DNA of 63,914 nucleotides, filler included, from Cystobasidiomycetes sp. EMM_F5 (GCA_051047955.1; 25 parts of 25 records of this genome joined end to end with filler, not necessarily neighbours in it); one strand, 5' to 3'; shown: positions 49,554-63,082, counted from the whole stretch's first letter. The notes: a model not told the origin generated them from the letters alone. A program made the numbers and translations.

Positions 49554-50172
49554 TGATACAAAGGACGCGTCCTATTTTCAGAGACGTGGTATTCAGTGCC
49601 ATTTTTGAGCAGTGGAAGGGCAAATCACGGCGGAGACCTGCCGCTAGGCTAAACACTACTAAACACAGCAAGGGATCTTCGAGCACAGGCGCATCCTCAA
49701 TCAAACAGCCATCCATACATCCTTCCCGAACTGCCCAAATAAAGGCCTCGGCTCATATGTCTTCGCCAGTGAAACACGGTACCCAGCCAGACTCGCCCAA
49801 AATCATCTGAAGATACAAAGGCAGACCATGCCCTTACAGTGATTGACACTGATGATGAGAAGGCCAGTCTGACTTGCCCTGCTCTCTTTCTCCTCTCTGC
49901 ACGTCTCTGAGAGATTGACCCGCATCCCGCCCTCTCCCGTCCGCGCCTCCAGCTGTGCTGCGAGAATACCCTAAACGAACCCTTGACGGTGTAGAAACAA
50001 AGACATCCTTCGCATTCCGTATCATCTCACTCCCACTCCGCACTCCGAGACAGGTTTGACACCCGCACCCGCACGGAGGGTCAGCAGCGCTGCGCCACCA
50101 AGACTCTGCGTATTACTTGAAGCCTCTCCTTCATTCTCCCATCCAAAACATCCTACACAACTAACAAACACA

Positions 50173-52091
50173 ATGGCTGGATCCATTGCTCACCTCCTCC
50201 TCCTCGCTGCTGGCGTGCACGCCGTGCAGATGGAAAGTGAGTTGGACGCGCCTGCCTCGCCACCGATTCTGGTAGCATCGGCTAAGATGCGATATAACAT
50301 ATCACTTTGCAGACCGCTTCGTCTTTCAAGTAAATAATCCCCTAGTCGTAGCTCGATTAGATCCCATCATCTCCCCCGGCAATGTCTCGCAACATGTTCA
50401 TCGCGTATTGGGTGGAAGCGCCTTTAGCGCAAAGTACGACCCCGTCGCACTGCGGAGATCATCTTGCACCACTCTTCCTGCTCAGGCAGATAAATCGTGA
50501 GCTTTGTATCGACGTCAGATCGTGGCCCGCCTGACATGTTATGCCCTTGACAACGCGTCGTCATTTCAGGAACTACTGGCGTACGTCCAGTCTGGAGGCT
50601 GGCTTCCGCTCACACTGACCGTTACCGCTTGCAGATCCGTACTTGTACAAGGTCAACTACGACAAGACGACCAAGAAGACGACCTATTCTCCCATGTGGG
50701 GCCAAACTCGAATCTACTACAATGCCCCAGATCTCCTCCCAGGTACCGGAGTCGGATCGTACATCGAACCCTTCCCAACAGACTTGAGGATGCTCAGCGG
50801 CAATCCTGCCAAGAAGACTGGTGGAGGGTACAATCAGGAAGACTTTTCCATCTTTTACTACTGCGACCAAGGCGACGGTAAAGGGTTCTCATCCTACTCA
50901 ATGCCAACTCAGGGCTGCAAGACTATTATCACTAAAGTGAGGTCCCCGACTTAATTATCAACTCGCTCTTAGTCTGATGCGTCTACTCACAGGTTTGGTT
51001 CCCCTCGTGCTGGAATGGCGTCAGCGGTTTTGACCCCAAGAAAACGTCCGACTATGTCAAGTTCCCCAACATTGGCGGTACGATCTGTGTTTTCGATTAC
51101 CCTCGCCTCCGATGCTCATATCTTCATTACAGGCGGTCTCCTCGGCGCGCAATGCCCTGACGGCTACCCTCACCGCTTCTTTAGCATCCTGGTCGAGACA
51201 TTCTACATTCAGTCTGGCTCGTTTCCTGCTGGACCTGCAGGGGAATGGGGATCAAACGGAGATTTAGCTCCTACGTACATCCTTGCAAATGGCGACACTA
51301 CTGGATATGGCTTACAGTACGTTTGTTACTTGAGTCGACAATGGCAAAACTGACTTGGTTTCTCAATTAGTGCGGACTTTGCAAATGGGTAGGCTGTCCT
51401 CTCCTGAATCAGTGAGAAGCCCTCTGAATCACGTTCCTGAAACAGTTGGGACCAGAGTGTTCTCTCTCAAGTCGTCAAGCAGTGCAAGACAACCGATTTT
51501 GACAAGAGTGCTGGTGATGCTTGTCCTCCTCTCAAAGCATCCTGGGACACTGCCAAAGCTGCAGCATGCCAACTCCAGAGCAATGTCAAGATTCCTGACG
51601 AGGATGTACGCGCCTGCGACTCTACTATAGGATGAATTTGGGCTAATGACGGCTCTGTTGTAGGTCGGCTACGCAGGCCCTATGACCAGCTTGCCAGGCT
51701 GTGAGCGCTGGTATCCTTCTTTCGAATCAACACAAAGCTGATCTGCTCAAAACAGGCAACAAGCCGTGGGGTGCCACAGGTCCGAAGCCTACCTGTGCCA
51801 ACTATCGCGAACGCCGTTTCGTGAGCATTGGACGCTTCTTTGGAACGGAAAGAAATCCTTCGCCAAGTATTCTGGATTTGGCCAATCCGTTTGTTCCTAT
51901 CCCGGCTGCATCTTCGTCATCGTAAGCCACTGCCTCGTTTGCTGCGTGTATGTTGTGCTGAGTACAGCATTAGGCGCATGTCGACCACAACTAAGAAGAC
52001 GACTGCTGCGGCGTCGACCAAAGCGGCTGCCACTTCGACGAAGCGACCATCTCTCACGGCGCCCGTCAGCGCACTCAAAGTCAAGATATGA
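50173..52091 (+). CDS. secreted DUF1996-domain protein (3' end approximate)
   Basis: Signal peptide; RLDPIISPGNVSQHVHRVLGG, DKSNYWHPYL, PFPTDLRMLSGNP, FPSCWNG, GDTTGYGLHADFANGW; S/T-rich tail. Confidence 0.88.
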
Positions 52092-52413
52092 ACACAAACG
52101 AACATCACACGCTCATTTTACGTATACACGCAGATTACCTCGGACTGTGCTGCTGGGTCAGTGCTTTTACGTCTCCTCACGCTCTTTTCAAGCATCTTTT
52201 TGCATGCACCATCGACGTCAGGTCGGTTCTGTAGCTTTCTTCTTTATCATCGGTAGAATGGGGACTCTGTAGGACATAGTGCATCTTTCAGCGGGGCAAC
52301 AGCCAGTGGCAGTCTTCAGTGAATGAAAAGCAACAGCTGTTTCGCATTCAACTTGCTTTGCGTTGCTTCAATCTGTTGCTTCTCCTCCACTTTAACACGG
52401 CAACCCACCCAAC

Positions 52414-54427
52414 ATGGCCAACACATTCACCAGCTACATCGAGCAGAACCAGCAGGCGCTCATCGACAGACTCGCCGAGACTGTGCGCATCCCGTCCGTT
52501 TCTGGCGACCCAGCCTTTCGCAAGTGCGTCCACGATATTGGACAAGTCAAGCAATAGTCGCAAAGGCTGATGATACCCGGATATTACTTGCAGAGATGTA
52601 TTCGCGATGGGCCAATGGCTGTACACCTTTATGAACTCGCTGGGCATCGAGTAAGTCTGGCTAATTGGCTGGCAAGATAAGCGAAAAAGAAGAAAGCTTC
52701 AAAGCCAGCTGGGCTCTTCCAACGGGCTCTACCCTACAAATCATCTGACATGTTTCCTGTGTCGCTCCGAAGAGCCTCCATGCACCCGCTCGGCAAGCAG
52801 ACGCTGAATGGTCAAGAAATTGATCTTCCACCTGGTACGCAAGACCTGGACTTTACGAGCAAGAGACGCGAGCTGACAATATATCACAGCTGTTCTTGGA
52901 CAGTATGGCAACGACCCAGCCAAAAAGACTATCCTCGTATGGCGTCTCCATGCCTGTGCAGAATTTCCCGAGCCCCGCTGATGACGGTATGATGCAGGTC
53001 TACGGACACTACGACGTACAGCCAGCATCCAAGGAGGACGGATGGGACTATGAGCCATTTGACCTGTCCCACGACCTGAAGAGCGGCCGTCTGTATGGTC
53101 GCGGTTCGACTGACGATAAGGGTCCAGTTCTCGGCTGGCTAAACGTCATTGAAGCGCACCAGAAAGTCGGTCAGGAATTTCCAGTCAACCTCAAGATGTG
53201 CTTTGAGGGGATGGAGGAGAGTGGCTCCGTCGGTCTGGACGCGTTCGTTGCTCGCGAAAAGGATGCTTTCTTTTCTGGCGTTGATGCAGTTTGCATCTCC
53301 GACAACTACTGGCTCACTACGACCACTCCAGCGCTGACATACGGTCTTCGAGGCCTAATGTACCAGAAAGTCTCAATCTCTGGCCCATCTGCAGACTTGC
53401 ACTCTGGTGTCTTTGGCGGTACAGTGCACGAGCCAATGACAGATCTCATCCACCTCTTTTCCAAACTCGTCAACTCGGATGGCGAGATCCAGGTTCCTGG
53501 TGTTAAAGAGCTGGTTGCACCTCTTACCGACGAGGAGAAGTGAGTTTTTTGAAAAGCACTCCCGACATAATCACAACTCGGACTCACAATCTGCGCAGGC
53601 AACGCTACGTTGGCATGGACTTCCAGACATCCGATTTGGAGTCGGCTGTTGGTGCCAAGGTATTGCTCTCGGATGACAAGGCGACTGTGCTCATGGGTCG
53701 AATGAGAAATCCTTCACTCAGTTTGCGTAAGTTTTTTCAAAGTCTGAATGACATATATTTGCTAATCTATGACATGCAGACGGAATCGAGGGCGCTTGGG
53801 CCGGCTCTGGTGCCAAGACTGTCATTCCCGCTACTGTTCACGGCAAATACTCCATCCGTCTGGTACCAAATCTCACACCCGACACTGTCAGCTCTTTGTG
53901 CACAGCATTTCTGCAAGGCGAATTTGCCAAACTCAACAGCAAAAACACGCTCAAGATTGAGACCATCAGCGGTGGTATGCCGTGGTTGAGTGATGTCGAT
54001 CACTGGAGCTTCAGAGCTGCTGCAAAGGCGACAAAGACTGTGTATGGCAAGGAACCGGATCTCACCAGAGAGGGTGGATCCATCCCAATCACTCGTGCGT
54101 ACATGATTGTTGTGTGGATGATACAGGCTAACGGTAAATTCCACGCAGTTACATTCCAGGATCTGCTTAAGAAGAACGTCATGCTTCTTCCGATGGGTTA
54201 GCTATATCCCTGTGCATGCCACGCGTACTCGACTAAAACTTCAATGCAGGTCGCTCTGATGACGGCGCTCACTCGATCAATGAGAAGCTCGACATTGACA
54301 ACTACATCCGCGGTTGCTGCTTGTTGGGTATGTGAGGCTTGCGCATGGCCGCGATGAACCTGCTGACCACGACGTGAATGATCCAGGTGAATACCTACAC
54401 GAAGTAGCTCGTTCGACGGAAGCGTAA
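52414..54427 (+). CDS. DUG1: Cys-Gly metallodipeptidase, M20 family (Dug1/CNDP2-like)
   Basis: [69 protein letters not shown]. Confidence 0.93.
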
Positions 54428-54584
54428 AGAGGGACAAAGGCGTGAATGAATTACGCCTTTTCATTTGAATAGCCGCACACACGCTGTATAGAAATTAAAG
54501 GTCACAATCAGCGCTGTCGAAAGCGGAGTTTTCGTTGCCAATTTGCCAATTTGCACCCATTACGACATTTACTTGCAACAAACC

Positions 54585-55962
54585 ATGAACGGGACTGCGG
54601 ACCCAGCATCACCGCAGCAGCAGCAGCCGGGCAGCTCGTCAACGTCGTCGATATCGCCCAGGACGCTCAAGAAACGGCGGCCAGGCGAGTCTGCAGCCGG
54701 GGTATCGAGTAAATCAGACAGCGCGGACAGCAATGGAACAACGTCGCTGGAGAGCAAGCTGGGAAGCGCCGCGAGCCATGGCAGTACGCGACAGGCCAAG
54801 CTGCGAAAGAAAAAGATGCCCCCGTTACCGCGGTGGGCAAGATACGAAGTTCCTCGAAAGGTTGGCAGAAATGGCAGCGGATTGATAACGACGACGACGA
54901 CGAAGGCTGACACGGTGATGCCCTTTACGCTCTGGCTGGGTGCTCATTTAAATCCAACGTCACAGCTGCTCCACTCTTCGATAGGTGAACAATGTCGTGA
55001 AATGTAAAGCAACGACGTCCAGCTGATGTGAATACTCTGGCGCAAATGCAGGCTTCCTCTGCTTGTACCTCTACTGCGTGCATCAGGATGTGACGACGCT
55101 GGTCGTGTACCTCAGCAGAGCACTCATCGTCATCACCACAGTGGACGTGCTGCGCTTTGCAAGCTCGACGTTCGAGAAGACATACGAATCATTGCTAGGC
55201 TTCCTGATGCGAGAGAGCGAGAAGGTAGGCTGGCATCCATTTTCGGGGTTCGAAGCTGCTGCTGACGAGATTCGCGTTACTTGAAGACGACCTGGAATGG
55301 CGTAATATGGTACTTGGTCGGGGTAATCTTTGTCCTTGTCACTCTGCCCAGGGGTGAATTACTGCACACTTGCACTGCTTCTGATATCCTTCTGACTTCA
55401 TCCGTCCGTAGACTTGGCAGTCCTCTCCGTCATGCTCCTCTCCTGGGCAGATACGACTGCCTCAATAGTCGGGCGCAAGCTCGGCAAATACACTCCGAAA
55501 CTCCCTTCACCCCCTTTTGCGGACCGCAAATCACTGGCAGGGTCCTTTGGCGCGTTTGTCGTCGGTGGCGTCTCCGCTTGGGCCTTCTTCACCTATGCCG
55601 TGCCTTTAGGCTCCGAGAATGATCTCTCATGGGTAGGGCCTGCTGCAGCTGTTCATCACACCACCCACTTTGATCTCAGCTGGCTTCCGACATGGCTCGC
55701 TCGCTTCTTCCGCAGCGGGTACATTGGCAAAAGCACGGGATTCCCGCAGGCACTCAATTTTAACTTTTTGGGCGCTCCAGTAGCGCTGTCGGTCAAATTG
55801 CCCGCTCCAAGAAGTACCCTCTCATTGTGGCAGGTAGAACTCGTCACTGCGTCTGCCACTGCTCTGGCAGAGGCGCTCGATATCTACGGCCTCGACGATA
55901 ACCTCACCCTTCCAGTTGCTGCTGGTTTGATGATATGGGCAGTGCTGTACTTCCTTGGTTGA
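54585..55962 (+). CDS. DGK1: CTP-dependent diacylglycerol kinase (Dgk1-like, cytidylyltransferase family)
   Basis: YEVPRK|LLHSSIG, GFLMRESEK, WNGVIWYLVG, LSWADTTAS, KSLAGS, GLDDNLTLPV. Confidence 0.9.
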
Positions 55963-56285
55963 TTCACCACATTACGCTTATACACGAAACGCGCTGTTAG
56001 CCATGTCAGCCATGTCATAGAGTAGTAGGAGTCTGGATACCGAACCAAGTCAATGCCCTCACGTGCATATACCCTTCCCTCGCTGCATTAGGATGTCGTT
56101 TTGTCTCTAATAGCTACACTTGTTGTTTGTTTGTCTTCAATACTATTCTTTCGAGATAAGAAGTGATGTGGTCGTCGCTATTACCTGTCTGGCCCGAATT
56201 ATTACCCTCAGCATTACTTGGCATTACTTGCTTGCATGTATTCTGTGTTTCGTCCTTGACGGTTTCCGAATCTCTTCTCTCGCCT

Positions 56286-57196
56286 TCAAGCGGGCTCTCG
56301 CAAGTATTCTTGCAGGGCGCCGTTAAGCGTGTGCTGCTCTCGGTGGGGCTTGACACCAGGTGGTGCCTGCATTTTAGCGTGGTTGTTCCACAGTACGCAC
56401 ATTCCGTCTCGAAGTGGACCTTCCACGTCGAGAAAACTGCCCGCTACAAAGACTGTCTCTTTGCAGTCGTGCATATTTAGGCCCATTAGCTTGAGGATAG
56501 CTCGTCTCGTTTCCTTGCGGGGCTTGTAGAAACCGGCCTCCTCTGCCGTCAAGACGGCGTCAAATTGAAACTTGTCGCTCTGGCAGGCTTTCGCTGCGAT
56601 ATGTCCTAGTTCTGCAGAGCAATTTGTAAATACCCCAAATTTCGCATTGGGATGTCGTTCTCGTAACAGAGTGAGTGTCTCGATTGTCTCCGGCCAGGGC
56701 TTGAGTCCACCTTGCTGCCATAGCTCAAAGAGCTTGTCTGGCGCATCGGCTGGCAATCTTTCGCCAGCTGCTCGTGTCGCATCGGCTGCCCTCCGTACCA
56801 GCTGTTCGTATGGCTGGAGACACCGAGCGGGTACGTTGAGGGCGCGGCAGTCAGCCTCGAGGATAGTGACTACGTCGATTGTACAACTAGCCCACCTTGT
56901 ATTTGCCCGTGCCAAAAGTGAGCCAGAGGTATGACAGCCGCCACTGCTTGCCAACATAAGGCGACCCTGCAGCCTTATTCCAGAGACTCCAAGAGTCCAT
57001 GAGGCCTTTGTGAGGATATCAAATGAAGGTACTTCATCGTCAGTCGTCGCCTACACGCCTGCAATTCCAACAGGCACTCACCAGTTAGCAAATCAAACAC
57101 GAATGCTTTCGGCTGAGCTGGCAGCGGGGGTGGCAGTGCTGCAGTCTCGTCTTCTCCCTTCTCCTTATCTGCCATGTCGCCCGTCTTGCTCGACAT
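56286..57196 (-). CDS. HAD-superfamily hydrolase (haloacid dehalogenase-like)
   Basis: KAFVFDLLT|..DSWSLWNKAAG, FGVFTNCS, TAEEAGFYKP, VFVAGSFLDVEG. Confidence 0.85.
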
Positions 57197-58155
57197 TGTC
57201 TTGGAGTTTTTCTGTTATTCTTCAAGATTCGAGGTCACCGATGACGTCCCTCGCTTGATCCGAGAAGACTACCGGGCCATCAGATAGCTCGGATGCGTAT
57301 TATGCTAATCGTGTTGTCGTCCAATTACTCCAATGTTGGCAGCTTCTAATGGTTCTCTTCCAAGCAGCGGCAGGGCATTCCCCGTGAAGAAAGTAGACGG
57401 CGGGGTCTCGGGCCGGGTGTGGGGAAGGTGGGCGGGTCGAATGGCTGGAACAGCTCCAACTCGAGGCTAACACTGACGAGACTGACGCTGACGTTCAGAC
57501 TGATGCTGATGCTGAAAAGACTCGCGCTTTATAGGCTGAAACCTACGAGAAAGAACGGAGTAATTCGCTTTATGTGCGGACATGCTGCTAATTGCGCAAA
57601 GCACTGATCCGAAGCACTTTAGACAAGCTGTCGTAGTGTCCTCTATGACTGAATGCCCTCTGCATACTTCCGCAGTGCTGAATATTACCACTGTCACTCC
57701 GCTGCCGGCCTCTCACTACACTGACATTTCGGTGTGACCTCCACGAGGACAGTGCTGAAAGTGCAGCACGGTATTCAAGTACGTATAACAGCAGCAGTAA
57801 TGCTTCTAACACGCCAATTGAGCACCATTGGGAATCTGTTGATGTCGGTGGCGACAGCGGTTGCAATTTCCCAAAGACGACCCGCTGAGATGGCCAGCAA
57901 CGACTGCAGCAGCAGCAGCTTTGGTTGCAACACTTCGATGTCGAGCAATTCTATGTCGAATTGAGGTCGGTATGTGCCGCGCGGTCTTGCCCATCATCCG
58001 CGTCCGCGATTTTCGGATTGGCCATCCGGCGATGTGTACTGGGCGTCATTGACATTGGAGACGGCTTTGGAGCAGTGTAGTCATACTCAGACATATTCTG
58101 GATCTTCTGATCATCATACGCGTGATGCTGAACTCATCTGCGACCTGTCTGTCGC

Positions 58156-58321
58156 CCCAACCCAACAATTCCCCCTGACACCCCTCGCTGACCTCCTGTC
58201 ATGCAACTCTGTTTCCCGTTTTGGCTGGCTGCATGAATTGCTTACTCAGCGCCCAGGCTATAAAATCGCGCCGGATTTCTGGGCTGCCTCTCTCTTCTCT
58301 TCTTTCCACACTCGCGCGTAG
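58156..58321 (+). repeat. right copy of contig-terminal inverted repeat; TATA promoter-like, facing out of the contig
   Basis: Matches the reverse complement of 28055-28228; TATAAAA at 58259-58265, GCTTACTCAGC upstream, CT-rich tract downstream. Confidence 0.9.
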
Positions 58322-58541
58322 NNNNNNNNNNNNNNNNNNNNNNNNNNNNNNNNNNNNNNNNNNNNTTAATTAATTAANNNNNNNNNNNNNNNNNNNNNNN
58401 NNNNNNNNNNNNNNNNNNNNNGCATTCGCAAACCCGAATTCGCCGTATTCCCACAGGCGAATTGCCGCAGGCACTTGCTACAGCTCGTCCAACTCCGCAC
58501 ACTGACCGGCGTACATAGTCCTGATAAAACATCTGCGTCTA

Positions 58542-60790
58542 ATGTTGCCTGCGCTCACGATGTTTCGATTCCGGTCAAAGGGCGTAATCCGTCAAATACC
58601 CTGCAACGCAGCCCATTTCGCTACCTTTCGCGGTGCTAGGAACTCATTATACAAAACGCTCGGCATACCTTCGGCTGCTTCCGGCACATCATCGAGACCC
58701 TACAAGCGTGCGTGGTGGGCTCTAGCAGCTGGAACACTGCTGGTCAGTCTGCCCCGCCGCCGAGCATGTCTCGCGACGAGGTGCCTCTTCTAACGCTGTC
58801 CATCATTTGACTGGCTCGATAGGCAGTAGTGCATACCCCTGAGAAGCAGGTCTCCCAAACAATTTCAACTCTGCCCATAGCGCCTGCGTCAGCTGATTTC
58901 GCCAAAGCGTTCGACGAGTTGTCGAGGCAATTACCCGAAGATTGTGTATCGACAGATTTGGACGATCTCATACACCACGGGAGCTCGACTTACACGCACC
59001 ACCATCCGAACATACTGCCAGGGGCTGTAGTATATCCGCGGCATACCGACGATGTGATTCTTAACTGTAACGATATATAGTCCAACAGGCTAATGACATA
59101 CTTGCTATGCTAGGTAGTGCTCATCGTCAAGATTGCATGCGCCCACGGGATTCCCGTGATCGCATTCAGCGGCGGTAGTGCGGATGATTCCACGAAGCTT
59201 TACATGAAGGATACATGTTGAGACGATGATTCCTGATATACAGCTAGCGTGGAAGGACAATTCGATTCCATGGCCTTTCCTTTGTCAAAAGGACGCAAAA
59301 TGACAAGCGCAGTGCCTCTCGACAGGCTGGAAAAAGGACATAGCCTAGTCATCGATTTCAGTGAAAACATGAACAGCATCATTGCTGTTCACGAGAAAGA
59401 CATGGATGTTGTCCTTCAGCCAGGAGTGCCATACGAGACACTTAATGATATTCTAGCACAAGATGGGCTATTCTTCCCTGTCGATGTGAGACGAGTCCCA
59501 GAGACGCAAAATTCCTGATTCTAAACTTACTTCATCAGCCGGGCCCTGGCGCGCAAATAGGCGGAATGGTCAGCACTGGATGTTCAGGCACCAACGGTGG
59601 GTTGATTTCTGCAGCAAAAAACCTTTACATACATGCTCGGTCTAATTCTGCTTTTTTGTAGCCGTCCGATACGGTACAATGCGCGAAAACGTTCTTTCCC
59701 TTACGATTGTTTTACCCAATGGCGAGGTCATCAAGACTCGGTCTCGAGCACGGAAATCCTCCGCCGGTCCCGATCTCACGAAATTGTTTATAGGTGCTGA
59801 GGGCTGCCTCGGGCTCGTTGTTGAAGGTATGTCGACGCTCAGATGGATGGTGCGTACCGTCAAAATATGGCCTCTCCCACTAATCATCATGCACTTTCGC
59901 TCGAAGCCACCCTAAAATTAGCTCCCAAGTTGCCAACTTCTGTGGCAGTATCCTCGTTTCCGGACATCCAGTCTGCTGCGGATACTGTAACGGAAATAGT
60001 CAAGGCGGGCATAAGTGCACAATGTCTTGAGCTGATTGACGATGTCATGGCGTCTGCGATGATTCAAGCCGGCGTCGCGCCTCCTGACGCTCTGCAGCCA
60101 AGACCAACCTTGATGTTGAAGCTTGCTGGTTCGCCAGAACAACGGAAGTTAGACTCGGACCGTATCGGTGAGGGCTCATAGCGACATCCGAATTTCGCAG
60201 CTTCTGATGATGTGTATTAGCGGACATTGTGCGGCGCAATAAGGGAAGCAAGCTACGGATTGGCGAGACCCCTGAAGACGATGACAAGCTGTGGCGTGCC
60301 AGGAAAATGGCACTTTTCGCAGCCCTTGATACATATCCAGGCACACGAGCATGGACGACGGATGTGTGCGTTCCAATTGGTCATCTTCCCGCCCTGGTGT
60401 CGGAGACGAAGCAGGAGATGGCAGAATTGGGTTTAGTGGCCCCGATATGTGGACATGCGGGCGATGGAGTGCGTACCTTAGCAACAGCAATCGATATATG
60501 TTGTTAGGGAAGACTGACATGTGATACACCTCCAGAACTTTCATGCTATCGTACTCTTCAAGGACGATGCGGAGAAAGAAAAAGTCAAGAGCGCAGTCAA
60601 GAACATGATTCTCAGGGCACAAAGACTCGAGGGTACTTGCACCGGAGAGCATGGAGTTGGTCATGGCAAGATCGACTATCTCGAGAACGAGTTGGGTGCC
60701 GGGACTGTTCAACTGTTGCGCGATATCAAGCACCGTCTTGATCCGAAAAATATTATGAACCCTGGCAAGCTTGTACACGTAGAGTACTGA
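58542..60790 (+). CDS. FAD-linked D-2-hydroxyacid dehydrogenase (D-lactate dehydrogenase Dld1-like)
   Basis: Presequence-like N-terminus, [70 protein letters not shown]. Confidence 0.93.
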
Positions 60791-60879
60791 AAAGTAATGT
60801 TGTGTCTGACAGAGCCGCTTTTTGTGTCTCTGTCTAAGTCCGTCATCAATGTCAAGCGCATAACACAACACACTCATCC

Positions 60880-63082
60880 CTAGATCTCAGGTATAATGAC
60901 TTCTATGATGGCACTCTTGCCATTTTGCACCTCACTTACACCCCTCTGAAATATTTCCAGCATTTCGGACGCGCCGGAATTGACTCTGGCCCCCCAAGCC
61001 TTATGTTCTCCGCCGGCCGATGCTACCGCGAGCGCTGCGTACGACGGTCTATCTTGTAATGGGCCAAAGCCTACTCCTAGATCGTCGGCGGATAAGGCAG
61101 ATGCATAGCCGCGCGGGTATACCAGCAGCGTCGAGAGTTTGGGGGATTTCCATCCACCATTGCAGAGGATAATGCTCAGGAACGGTGCGCTGTTCTTCGA
61201 GGCCATATGATGTACTGTGGAGGGGATGGAGAACATATAGCTGCCGTCGCCGGAAATCATGCAGACGAATGTGTTCGGGCCGGTCTTGCCGTCGCCGGCT
61301 TTGATCCCTATCTTCGCGCCTACAGCAGCGCCACCTCCGTAACCGAGGGAACTTGCGCCAGATGTAACGAGTCTTCGACTTTCAGTCAGTCCGAGGTGGT
61401 CGAAAACTTTGCCGTAACTTTCAAAAGGTGACTGAGCTTCGGCTTGTGAGACGATTCCACCTTTACTCACTTCGAGATGGCTTCCGACACGATGAGAGTG
61501 TCATGTGGCAGAGCTTTACGCAGAGAAGCCAGTGCTACACTGACTTCTTGCACAGATAAGCCATGCTGCGGCTTTTCGAGCGCTTGCAGCATGGCCTGTC
61601 TTTCTGCTGCTCGTGCCCTCAGATGAGATCTTCGACTATTGATAACTCCGTGGTCGTAAGATTTCAGGCCTTCGGAAATGCAGTTGTTGATCTGACCAAG
61701 GGCTATTGCCGAATCGACAGCATAGCGTTGTTGCGCGGATATATAGAAAAGGGGCATCGGGATTTTCAAGGGATCCGAATCCAAATGAATGACAGTTGCC
61801 GTCGACGACGGTTTGTTCTGACATGGTATATAGGGCACATCAGAGTCGATCTGTAAGGTAACGTCAGCTTCTGGCCGATTCTATTAGGAATGTACGCACA
61901 ATCACGACGACGTCTGCTTCGGCCAGAAGAGGATGTTGGCCACCTCCGGACCAGTGAGAACCTTGGTATAGATAATGTGTAGTTGGAAAATTTAAGGCAA
62001 AAGGAGCACTGTCGAGATATGGGATAGCCAGAGTCTCGCAAAGCTGATACAGAGCTTCACTAGAAGTCTGAGAGTTTCCGCACCAAGACGACACAGCAAG
62101 AGGTGCTTTAGCTCTAAGCAGAAGGGCTGCAATATCTTTCGCGTCTTCCGGCAAAAGAGCTGCAATTCAAACGTTTTAAGAGGAATGTAACAGCATTGCG
62201 AGCAGACCACGTACCTCTGGGTCGGACAGGCTGCCAGAGAGAAAGATTGAGGTTGACTGGAGGCAACGGTAGAGATTCTTCCATGACTTCTCTTGCGCCC
62301 ATCAAGAAAACTGGACCTTTGGGTTCGGACAAAGCTATCTGCGCTGCGCCTGTCATCATTCAAATGGAATGTGAGTTTGCATGCCAGGTTGGAGACCATG
62401 ATACTACTCACGCATGGTGACTTGCCCTATGTTCTTGCCGGTGCGGATCTCATACGTGTACTTGCTGTAATTTCTGACGATCCCAGCCTGGTCATGTACA
62501 TCCTGGACCCAATTGATGAATTCTGTGCGACTTCCCCTCATTTCTCCTTCGAGTGTGATCGCAGACAGCCCTGCAAAAACGATGACCGGTATCCTTGCGC
62601 GATAGACGTTGTGCAGAGCACCCCCAGCATTGATCAGACCGCAGTCAACGTGCAGGAGGAGGCTGTGTATAGGTTCATGGGTCAGTCCGATCTTGACCTA
62701 TTTCATCCGCAAGATGGTAAATTAGACGTCACGGCACGTACGCCGCCATTTTTCCAGTCGCTTGATAATACCCTTGTGCTGCTGAGAGAGCACTGCGAAC
62801 GTAGAGGAATGCCTTTAGTTTCATGCACAAGAGCTAAGGATGAGATACATACACCATCTCGTGGGTAACGGAGATGAACTCAGGGAAGCGTATAGCGCCT
62901 TCGCGGCTCTGCTTGGCCTTATATATAGCAATGGCTTCGACAAAACTGGGATGATCCGAACCAAGGTTACAGAAGCATACTTGTACGCCCGCTACTGTCA
63001 AAGCCTCCAGAAATGCTGTTGTAGCCGTGTAGACGGAGGTAGAGTCATGCTCGATTCTAACGCGCTTTGACGGACTTGACAT
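60880..63082 (-). CDS. thiamine-diphosphate-dependent enzyme (acetolactate synthase / 2-oxoacid decarboxylase-like)
   Basis: FCNLGSDHP, HE (catalytic Glu), SEPKGPVFLM, SGASSLGYGGGAAVG, GDGSYMF...NGGW ThDP-binding motif. Confidence 0.9.

Noticed and set aside
57260..58150. Short ORFs and CAG runs upstream of the right inverted repeat
   Set aside because: No recognisable motifs or consistent exon structure; treated as intergenic/promoter.
28055..58321. Mating-type locus or giant transposon (Starship/TIR) interpretation of the inverted-repeat-bounded segment
   Set aside because: No pheromone receptor, homeodomain, STE20, transposase or tyrosine recombinase recognised inside; the contents are mostly housekeeping genes.
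1256..58421. Recurrent TTAATTAATTAA motif and ORFs ending in X...LIN
   Set aside because: Artificial six-frame-stop linker between contigs, not biological.
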